A stretch of DNA of 64,000 nucleotides from Candidatus Methylomirabilota bacterium (lineage in GTDB: Bacteria > Methylomirabilota > Methylomirabilia > Rokubacteriales > CSP1-6), in NCBI GenBank assembly GCA_046726415.1, contig JBKPAK010000156.1:25335-89334 (forward strand), read 5' to 3'. Under the pieces are notes generated by a model. The model did no database searches. It had not been told where the DNA came from and was given only the letters and a program-made list of their open reading frames with translations. The translations under genes and the position numbers were made by a program. This document shows, piece by piece, positions 43,315-51,509 of this stretch (positions are counted from its first letter, which is position 1; each line of letters opens with the position of its first letter).

Positions 43315-43818
43315 TCAATGGCGTTTCTCGGCCAACTTCGGAAGGGAAAACACGAAGTCCTGGCCGCTCATCGGCTTGTGGCACTGGAAACACGGCTTGG
43401 CGTCGAAGTTGGGTGGCCGCTGGCCGGCGGCGGTGAAGCGCGCGTACTCCCATTCGCCGTTTCTGAGCGTTTCGGGATACTCCGCACCCCAGCCTCGTCG
43501 CTTTTCCATGACGAAGATCCCTACGAGGTCTGGCGTCCGCACCATGTGACCACTGGTGTCCCTCACGGGCTCGCCCCTCTCGTCGACTTTCGCCTTGTAG
43601 ACCTCCATCGTGAGCACCGTGCCGTCGGGCAGGGGCTGCCCGAGGGCCCCGAGGCGGGCTGCCTCGGGAGAAGCATAGAGGTCACGCACGGTCTTGTTGT
43701 CGGGACGGTCGATGGTGGCGTAAAGGACATGGCTCTTGTACCCGGACGGGAAGCTGACCTTCTCGGGGCCGGCCGTCGTCGACGTCGTGAGGGCGAGCAG
43801 CACAACAGCCGTCAGCAT
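43315..43818 (-). CDS. Cytochrome P460/c'-beta family protein
   Basis: Signal peptide; LPDGTVLTME, FVMEK, GEWEYARF, C-terminal CFQCH, DFVFS. Confidence 0.8.
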   Translation of the reverse strand: MLTAVVLLALTTSTTAGPEKVSFPSGYKSHVLYATIDRPDNKTVRDLYASPEAARLGALGQPLPDGTVLTMEVYKAKVDERGEPVRDTSGHMVRTPDLVGIFVMEKRRGWGAEYPETLRNGEWEYARFTAAGQRPPNFDAKPCFQCHKPMSGQDFVFSLPKLAEKRH

Positions 43819-43845
43819 GATTCTGAGGATCGCCGTCCACCTCGT

Positions 43846-44271
43846 CTAGGGCATGTCGACGTTCATGCCGACCTGCACCCAGCTCCACGAGAAGATACTC
43901 ACGTCGTAGGTTGCGGCCCCCGCGGCACCGAGACATCGAAGTATACTCGCCCGCCAGGATTGATCTCGTTCGGGCGCCAGGCGATCAGCTGCCCAACCTG
44001 CCGCGCAGAGGGATCGTACCCGTTGACGAGGACGCGGACCTTTTGCGCCGTGAACCCCGAGGTGTTGGTGACGTACCCGTCGATCAGGACGTGGCCGCCC
44101 GTCCGGGTGGCCTGCCACTGGATCCGGAAGTACTGCTGCCAGCAATGACGAGCGGCTGGAGGTTGCCGGGCTGCCAGGTTGGGGCGCTGTCAGGGTCGCG
44201 CATCCGGCAATGGTCACGAGCACGCCCCCGAGGCTCCCGCTCCGAAGGACCGCGCTCATTCGCTGACGCAT
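43846..44271 (-). pseudogene. Lipoprotein of unknown function, frameshifted
   Basis: Lipobox IAGC; plausible domain WQQYFRIQW...IDGYVTN in a shifted frame. Confidence 0.45.
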
Positions 44272-44329
44272 CTCCGTCCTCCTGGTGCGGGTGCCGCGCC
44301 CATCCGCTCAGCACAGAGCCTCCCGCGGG

Positions 44330-44360
44330 ACGGGGCGGAGGGTCATGGCCTCCGCCCCGT
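44330..44360. terminator. Perfect 12-bp GC hairpin downstream of the NPCAAK gene
   Basis: ACGGGGCGGAGG-N7-CCTCCGCCCCGT; no U-tract. Confidence 0.5.
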
Positions 44361-44382
44361 GGGCGCTACGACGGGGATGGCT

Positions 44383-44892
44383 TCACTTCTTCGGGCCGCA
44401 GGGGTTCTTTGCGGCGCATGGATTTTTGGCCGCGCACGGGTTCTTGGCGGCGCAGGGATTCTTCGCCGCACACGGGTTCTTGGCCGCGCACGGGTTGGCT
44501 CCGCCGGCCTGAGCGATGTACACGTAGGCGGCGCGGCGCGCCCCCGTCTTCTCCACGTAGGAAACAGTCACATCCGATCCCGCCTTCACATCGGCGAGCT
44601 GCCTCCGCTCGGGGCCCTGGCGGACCTGCGTTCGCTGATCGACGGTGAGCGCCAGGGGGCCTGCCGCCGTCCTGACCTGGAGCGCACCGGAACTGACGCC
44701 GGTCACCTTGGCCTTCGCCATCTTGGCGATCCCGGGGACAGAAGCCGCTCCGCCCGCGCAGGGGTTCTTGGCACAGGGGTTCTTGGCGGCACAGGGATTT
44801 GCCCTCTGTGCCATCACCTCGGTGGCCGGAGCGAGGCTCAACGCAACGGCAACCGACACGGTCGCGATGAGTGGACGAATCATGGGGTTCAC
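44383..44892 (-). CDS. Secreted protein with NPC(A)AK Cys repeats flanking a small beta domain
   Basis: Signal peptide; 3 N-terminal and 6 C-terminal NPC units; GGAGG RBS. Confidence 0.85.
   Translation of the reverse strand: MNPMIRPLIATVSVAVALSLAPATEVMAQRANPCAAKNPCAKNPCAGGAASVPGIAKMAKAKVTGVSSGALQVRTAAGPLALTVDQRTQVRQGPERRQLADVKAGSDVTVSYVEKTGARRAAYVYIAQAGGANPCAAKNPCAAKNPCAAKNPCAAKNPCAAKNPCGPKK
44389..44496 (-). repeat. Six 18-bp coding tandem repeats (NPCAAK)
   Basis: Units vary mainly at synonymous positions. Confidence 0.9.
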
Positions 44893-45500
44893 CTCCTTTC
44901 CATCCTCCGCGTCGGAGGAGAATCGGCCCGGTCTGGCCGGGCCAGGTTCGAAGTGTTTGGGGCAGGGGCATCGAGGAGCACCTGAACGAGCGCCTGAGCC
45001 GGGGGGCCACTCCAGTCCTTTCTCCCGGAGCCTCCCGCCCGGACCCTCGCAGACCGATCGATCAGGAAGTGCGTGGGGGTGAACCGCACCCCGTACGTGC
45101 GGGCCACCTCGCCCCTAGCGTCGATGGCGATGGGGAACGTGAGCTTCATGTCGGCCACGTAGGCCTTCACGCGCTCCTCGGGCTCCGACAAGTTCACTCC
45201 GATGACTCGGAGGCCTTGTTCGCGCCTCGCCCTCCACAGCGCCTCCAGGGAGGGAAACTCCCTCCGGCAGTGGGGTCACCATGTCCCCCAGAAGACGATG
45301 ATCGCGGCCAAGCCGGCCGGAGAGGAGACGCTGACCGGGTGGCCCTTCAGATCCGGGAGCGTGAAGTCCGGCGCTCGGATGCCGCTGTCGAACCGCACGA
45401 GGCCGAAGGCCTCGAACGGGTCCGGTGAGCCCGCGAGAGCTTGGCCGGCGAGGTAGAGCAGCGCGCCGAGCGTCAAGACGGAGGCTCGCGCTCGCCTCAT
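44889..45500 (-). CDS. TlpA-family oxidoreductase, predicted selenoprotein (UxxC, TGA 45276-45278)
   Basis: IVFWGTW-TGA-PHCRREFP...YGVRFTPTHFLID in frame; hairpin at 45249-45265. Confidence 0.9.
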
Positions 45501-46238
45501 GGCTTCTGGCCCTTCCCGAACGTCTCGCGGATGTACCGCAGCACGCCCCTAATCTCGTCGTCGGACAGGACGTGGCCATACGGCTGCATGGTGTCGTGGC
45601 CGGCCGACGGTCGCGCCGACCCGCCCGTGCTTGATTAGGGCAAGGAGGTAGTCGTCGGAGAAGCGATCCATGAACAAGGGATCGTGGTAGTCGGCCGGAG
45701 CCGGCTGAGCGTCGCTCACGAAGTGAGGTGGCGCGGGCTGCTGGGGGCTCGCGCGTGGCCCGTCCCCGCGCCCCCGCTGGCCGTGACACGGCGCGCAGGA
45801 GTCGTCGTAGATCTCTCGGATCTCCGGCGACTGTGGTGCCCCGGTCCTGAAGGCGCGCTCGAAGGCAATGAGTTGGCGGATCTGCGCGTCCTCGAAGAGG
45901 TGCCCGAACGAGGGCATGGCCAGCGACTCCAGCGGCGAGTCCTTGACTTCACGCTTGAGGACGGCGAGCTTGCCGTACTTGATGACCTCGAACAGGTACT
46001 GGTCGGTGAGCCGCGACATGTAGTTGGTGTCACTGAACACTTGGGGGCGGGGCATCGTGTTGAGCCACGAGGGCCCCTTGCCGTCCCCCGTCGCCCCATG
46101 ACAGGCGAAGCAGATCTCCTTGTAGACGCTCTCGCCGAGGGCGAGATCGCCGCGCGGGACACTCTCGGGCCCACCCAGCGATGCGGTCACGAGCACGGCG
46201 ATCCCGCCCACAGTCGCCACCCCTCCCCACCGGCGCAT
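45497..46238 (-). CDS. Diheme c-type cytochrome (frameshift near 45600)
   Basis: CFACH, CAPCH, AMPSF; C-terminal MQPYGHVLSDDEIRGVLRYIR in a shifted frame. Confidence 0.75.
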
Positions 46239-46305
46239 CCCTCTCCTCTGGCTCGGCTCATCACGGGGACCCGGGACGTGGGCCGGGTCCCTACTCGGGA
46301 TCCTT

Positions 46306-46848
46306 CTAGCGCAGGCCGAGCTTCTTCTCCTGCTCGATCCGCTTCTGCTCCCACTCCTTCATCGCCTTGTACCGCGCCGGCGTCAGCGAGGTCACGTACG
46401 CTTCGAGGTCGATGTACTCCTGAGAGTTCGGATCCATCGGCTCACGGCCGAGGAATACGGTGTTTCACATGTCGTTGAGGATGCCGATCGTCGCCACGTA
46501 CCCCGGTCCGGCGATGCGCGGGTAGTGGTCCGCTGCCCCGCGAAGGTCCGGGATGGGAATGGGCATCCTGGTCCCGTCGACCATCGTTGCCGTCCCGCCG
46601 ATGGTTCCGCCTCGCGGGTGACAGCCAGCGCACCCGAGATCGTTGAACAGCTTGCGCCCACGAGCGATGGAGGCGTCGATGGAGTCGCTCGGCTTGAGCG
46701 TCTCCGTGTACACGCCCGGCGTGATGTCCTTCTTCTGCTGGGCCTTCTGCTGAGCGAAGGCGATACCAGATGTGCAGCACGGAGAGAACGGACCGCTCCC
46801 GGCCGCGAGGATCATTGCCGCGAGACTCAGGGCCATCCACTTCCTCAT
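46306..46848 (-). CDS. SoxA/TsdA-like monoheme cytochrome c, predicted selenoprotein (U128, TGA 46465-46467)
   Basis: Signal peptide, CAGCH, DLRGAADHYP...ILNDM-TGA-NTVFLGREPMDPNSQEYIDLEAYVTSL; 52 further codons to TAG; hairpin at 46437-46451. Confidence 0.8.
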
Positions 46849-46881
46849 CTCGACTCACCTCCTTCTGTTCCGGAGTGAGCT

Positions 46882-47883
46882 TCACCTTGACGCTGGAGCC
46901 CTGACGGCGGTCGCAGGACCCGTCACCGCCGTGGCCAGCTCTTTCCAGCGCCAGCCGCCATCCTCGCTCACGAACACGAGCCCGCCCGTCCCGGCGTAAA
47001 CTGTCCCGGGCCGGTGGGGATTCGCACTCACGAACGTGATCGTGAGCGTCAGGACATCCTCCCCGACGGGGGTCCAGGCAGTGCCACAGGGCTGAAGTCG
47101 GTGAACGCCTCCGACGGTGCCGGCGAATCGCTCGCCTTGCGGCGTGACGAACAGGGAGAGGACAGTCAGGCTCCGCAGCGCCTCACTGAGAGGGCGCCAA
47201 GTCCTTCCTCCGTCGGCGGTGACGAACACGCCCCCTCCCGCGGTCCCCGCGTACAGGGTCTCGGGCCTCGCCGGGTGGAACGCGAGCGCCCTCACGCGCA
47301 GATCCGTCAATCCCTGGTTCACGGCGTGCCAGTGGCGCCCCTCGTCTTCACTCCAGGCCACGCCTCCGAACCCGGCGGCGAAGAGCCGCGTAGGACGGGA
47401 CGCATCCAGGCGCAGGACCCGGAGGTCTCGCGATGGGAGCCCGGCGTTGCGGGGGGTCCAGCTAGCTCCCCGATCTTGGCTCCACAGCATTCCCTCATTG
47501 GTCGCCGCGTAGAGCACCCTCGGATTGTTCGGGACAACCACGAGACTCCGGACGTTCTTGCCCGCGATGGACCCCCCCGCGCGCCGCCAGGCCTCTCCGC
47601 CGTCCTGGGAGACAAAGACACCAGAATCGGTTCCCGCATACAGCGTGCGCGGGGACACCGGGTCGACGGCGAGGGCCAAGACGCTGAGATCCTCGAGGCC
47701 TCGGGAAGCTGAGGACCACCGGTGGCCTCCGTCGACACTCCTGTAGACGCCGCTCCCGAAGGCCGCCAGGTAGAGCGTCCCGGGCTCCGTCGGATGCGGG
47801 ACGAGGGCGACGACCACGCCCGCGAACGGTCCACCGTGCATCACGATGTGATTCGACGACGCGGGCAGAACAACCACGAGCAC
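46882..47883 (-). CDS. Secreted BNR/Asp-box beta-propeller protein
   Basis: Repeated SxDGGxxW boxes and LYAGT motifs; start uncertain. Confidence 0.8.
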   Translation of the reverse strand: MLVVVLPASSNHIVMHGGPFAGVVVALVPHPTEPGTLYLAAFGSGVYRSVDGGHRWSSASRGLEDLSVLALAVDPVSPRTLYAGTDSGVFVSQDGGEAWRRAGGSIAGKNVRSLVVVPNNPRVLYAATNEGMLWSQDRGASWTPRNAGLPSRDLRVLRLDASRPTRLFAAGFGGVAWSEDEGRHWHAVNQGLTDLRVRALAFHPARPETLYAGTAGGGVFVTADGGRTWRPLSEALRSLTVLSLFVTPQGERFAGTVGGVHRLQPCGTAWTPVGEDVLTLTITFVSANPHRPGTVYAGTGGLVFVSEDGGWRWKELATAVTGPATAVRAPASR

Positions 47884-48021
47884 TGCCGTCGAAAGCGCGA
47901 GAAGCGCCAGCCAGCTGCGGGGACTCGAGGAGGCGCACGAGGAACGACGGAAGGGCGCGTCGGCGCCCGACTTCCCGATCCAGGCGAACGGGTTGAGCAG
48001 CGGTTTCCCCTCCTAGATCTG

Positions 48022-48149
48022 TCAAACACCCGGATCCGGCGCCTTATTCCAGGCGCTCACCGAAGCGGTCCGACCGGAGGGGCACTCCGCCTCGGCGCAG
48101 CCCAACGCCAAGGTTCGCTCTGGAATAAATCGCAAGCCGGAGGGTTTTT
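48022..48149. promoter_or_regulatory. Divergent pair of ECF GGAAT-N17/18-GTT promoters
   Basis: Minus 48022-48050, plus 48122-48149. Confidence 0.65.
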
Positions 48150-48410
48150 CTAGGTCTATAGGGGAGGTCTGCCGATGAACCGCGTCGGTGTTGCGCTCAC
48201 CCCGACGATCATCCGGGTTCCTCAGCCCGCAGCGGCCAACGAGCGCCGCTCCGAGGTCGGCCGGGGGCCACCTCGCTGGTCTGGGAGGAACGCTACTCCC
48301 GAGCCCCGACTGCCCGGACCTCGCGTAGGGGCCTCACTCTTGCGGAGGTACCCGGCCCTGCGTCCCGTGGACCTTCGCCCTCTCCATGCTCCTGCTTAGA
48401 GGAGGGAAAC

Positions 48411-48815
48411 ATGAAGCCAACGCTCGGACTGGCCACGATCCTGATTCTGGCCCTGATTTTCAAGGGGGCCCCGCCTGTTGACGCGCAGATCAACCCCTGC
48501 GCGGCGAAGGCGATCAATCCGTGCGCGGCCAAGACCTTGAACCCCTGCGCGGCTAAGACCCTCAACCCCTGCGCCGCCAAGACCTTGAATCCCTGTGCGG
48601 CCAAGACCCTCAACCCCTGCGCCGCCAAGACCTTGAATCCCTGTGCGGCCAAGACCCTCAACCCCTGCGCCGCCAAGACCCTCAACCCCTGCGCCGCCAA
48701 GACCCTCAACCCCTGTGCCGCGAAGGTCTTACATGCCGACTGTGCCAAGACCTTGAAAGCTGATTTGGCGAAGACTATCAGTCCTTCGTCAGCGCAGAGC
48801 CCCACGTGCAAGTGA
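48411..48815 (+). CDS. Secreted Cys-repeat protein (10 x [LI]NPCAAK[TAV])
   Basis: GAGGAGG RBS, signal peptide ending VDA-Q, ten octapeptide repeats. Confidence 0.85.
   Translation: MKPTLGLATILILALIFKGAPPVDAQINPCAAKAINPCAAKTLNPCAAKTLNPCAAKTLNPCAAKTLNPCAAKTLNPCAAKTLNPCAAKTLNPCAAKTLNPCAAKVLHADCAKTLKADLAKTISPSSAQSPTCK
48489..48728 (+). repeat. Ten 24-bp coding tandem repeats
   Basis: Consensus near CTCAACCCCTGCGCCGCCAAGACC; no spacers. Confidence 0.95.
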
Positions 48816-48934
48816 AATCGGGAGCGACACTGACCTGAGCTGGAGAGCGCGGTGTCCCTGGGGCGGCCCTAGGGACACCCTCCCGAAAATCCAATTCAGG
48901 TGTGCGGACCGCGGTGGCCACCGGCGCTCCCCAC

Positions 48935-50631
48935 GCATCCTGCTGCTCGGACTGCTGGCCCTCCTCGTCGCGGGCGCGGGCGATGCACGCGAGGATCTCT
49001 TCCGCAAACTCGCGGTGGAGCAGCTCACCCCTCCGCGCCCCGTGCACGACTTCGCGTCGCCCACGCCTGAGGGCGCTGTTGTCAGGCTCAGCGACTTCCG
49101 CGGCAAGGTGGTGTTCCTCAACTTCTGGGCGAGCTGGTGCCCGGCGTGCCGTGAGGAGATGCCGAGCATGGAGCGCCTCTACCGCGAGTTCAAGGACCGG
49201 GGCTTCGTGATCCTGGCCGTCGACCTCCAGGAGGGCCGCCAAGCCGTGGCGGCGTTCATGAAGCAGCTCGGCCTCACGTTCCCGGCGCTTCTCGACGAAG
49301 ACGGCACGGTGAGCGGTCGCTACGGCGTTCGCTTCATCCCGACGACATACCTGGTCGGCAAGGATGGTGAGCTCCTGGGCCGCGTGGTCGGTCCGAAGGA
49401 CTGGGCGAGCCTTCCGGCCCGCCAGCTCATCGCCTCCCTCCTGGCCCCGGGCCTGCTCACGGCCCTGGCTCCCGCCCAGGGAGCGGTGCCGCCTCGGGCG
49501 GATCGCGACATCGAGGAGTTCCTCGCCCCCCACTGGCGGTCGCCCATTCTGCGGCAGGGCAAGCCGCCGGCGAAGTTCGGCCCGCTCGAGGCGTCGCTCG
49601 ACCCCAAGAGCTGCGGCGTCTGCCACCCCGCCCAGTACGCGGACTGGCAGACGAGCCTCCACGCCAGCTCGATGGGGCCCGGCGTCATGGGGCAGCTCCT
49701 CGACATGATGCGCTCTGACCCTGAGGCCGCCGTTGACTGCCAGCGCTGCCACAGCCCGCTCAGCGAGCAGCAGCAGGTGGGCCGCAACCGCGAGGGCCAA
49801 GGCGTGTTCGTCGCCAACCCTGTGTTCGACCCTGCCTTGCAGGCAAAGGGACTCGTCTGCGCGGCCTGTCACGTGCGCAAGTGGGAGCGCTTCGGGCCGC
49901 CCAAGCGTGGCGGCGGTCCTGGGTCGGCCCTGCCGCGAGAGCAGCTACCGCACCATGGCGCGACGCGGACGCCCGCCTTTCTCAAGTCCGAGTTCTGCCA
50001 GAGCTGCCACCAGTTCCCCGAGGACGGCTTCGCCCTGAACGGCAAGCTCCTGGAGAACACCTACGAGGAGTGGAAGGCGAGCCCCTACGCCCGGCAGGGC
50101 GTGCAGTGTCAGGACTGCCACATGCCGGACCGCCGCCACCTCTGGCGCGGCATCCACGATCCCGAGATGGTCAAGCGGGGCGTGACCATCGATCTCAAGA
50201 CCGCGCGGAACCGGGGCGGGGTCGAGGCCACCCTGAGCCTGACCAACAGCGGCACCGGCCACTACTTCCCGACCTACCTGACGCCCAAGGTCTTTCTCAG
50301 GATGGACCTCGTCGACGCCACGGGGCGCCAGCTCAAGGGCAGCGCCAGGGAGGCCGTCGTGGGGCGGGACGCCACGCTGGACCTCTCCCGCGAGCTCTAC
50401 GACACTCGGGTGATGCCCACGGCGAGCTTCGCGATGAGGGAGTCGTGGAAGGTGAACCGCCCGGGCCTCAAGCTCCGCGCACGGGTAGTAGTGGAGCCCG
50501 ACCACTTCTATACGGAGTTCTTCCGGGCGACGATCCCGCAAGCCGAGCGTGGGAAGATGCAACTCCAGGAGGCGCTTCGCCGAACGCTGCGCTCCTCGTT
50601 CACGATCTTCTCTCGGGAGGTACCCTTGTGA
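48935..50631 (+). CDS. TlpA domain fused to pentaheme c554-like cytochrome
   Basis: NFWASWCPAC; CGVCH, CQRCH, CAACH, CQSCH, CQDCH; hydrophobic leader in frame upstream of GTG 49015; true start unclear. Confidence 0.8.
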
Positions 50632-50740
50632 GGCCCCTGGGCCGTGCTTAGGGCCGCCCTTGTCGTCTACCCGTGGGTGTTCACGCTGCCGCCACACGGT
50701 CCCTGTTGGACTCCGGGGCGCCGCAGGGCACCTCCGATGT

Positions 50741-50774
50741 CACGGGGAGGGCGCCCGGGCACCCTCCCCGCGTG
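50741..50774. terminator. Long GC hairpin between convergent genes
   Basis: CGGGGAGGGCGCC...GGCACCCTCCCCG. Confidence 0.5.
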
Positions 50775-50787
50775 TCTGGAGCACAGG

Positions 50788-51141
50788 CTAGGGAGACTGA
50801 ACACAATTCGCGTACGCGAGCTCAGGCGGTCGGGGCCTCCAGAAGTTGGCCGTCGTCCAGCCGTGGGGGTTGCTCTGCACGGTCCGGATGGCCTGCCGGC
50901 GACGCATAGGCGCCACCGTTCCCCCTGCGGTGTCGATGGCGCTTTCTTCCTTCGCCAGCGCGGCCATCAAATCTTCGTGAGCCTTGTTCGCCTCGGGCGT
51001 CACGCCAGTCACACAGATCGACTCGGTCGCCTTGAGGTAGTTCCGGGTCTCGACCTCCGAAGCCCGGGCGCGCTCAGAGGGGAAGAGGAGAACCATGGAG
51101 CAGACCGTCAGGCCGGCTCCGTACGCTACCAGTGTCTTCAT
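50788..51141 (-). CDS. Secreted hypothetical protein
   Basis: Signal-like N-terminus, 117 aa. Confidence 0.55.
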   Translation of the reverse strand: MKTLVAYGAGLTVCSMVLLFPSERARASEVETRNYLKATESICVTGVTPEANKAHEDLMAALAKEESAIDTAGGTVAPMRRRQAIRTVQSNPHGWTTANFWRPRPPELAYANCVQSP

Positions 51142-51151
51142 GGGTGTGCCC

Positions 51152-51259
51152 TCACAGCGCCTGAGGATCGCTCAGATGGTCCGCGAAGGTCGGCCCGGCC
51201 ATACTGAGCGAGCCCGTCGCTAGGAACAAGCCAAGGACAATCGCGATGAGAAGTCGCAT
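51152..51259 (-). CDS. 35-aa signal-peptide-bearing small protein
   Basis: GAGGAGG RBS; MRLLIAIVLGLFLATGSLSMAGPTFADHLSDPQAL. Confidence 0.5.
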   Translation of the reverse strand: MRLLIAIVLGLFLATGSLSMAGPTFADHLSDPQAL

Positions 51260-51376
51260 CGTGCCCACCTCCTCGTGAGTCTTCCCCGTCCGGCCCGCCG
51301 ACGTTGGGCTGCCGCGCGGCAATGGCACGCGGCACGGCAGAGACGACCGACCAGGCAATGCTGGAAAACTCGCTCC

Positions 51377-51458
51377 CAGAACCGATGAGCGTGGGCGTTT
51401 ATTCCTCCGATGTCGTTGCCAACTAATGGGGAATGCCCAGACGAGGTCGGGTGTTCTA
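51377..51458. promoter_or_regulatory. Divergent pair of ECF GGAAT-N18-GTT promoters
   Basis: Minus 51377-51405, plus 51430-51458. Confidence 0.7.
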
Positions 51459-51509
51459 GATATCTAGAGCGTGGCGATTCAGCGGCCAGTGTCCGCGACG
51501 GGGACGGCG

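Noticed and set aside
48489-48728. CRISPR array
   Set aside because: Contiguous 24-bp units with no unique spacers, in-frame coding with synonymous variation, and no cas genes.
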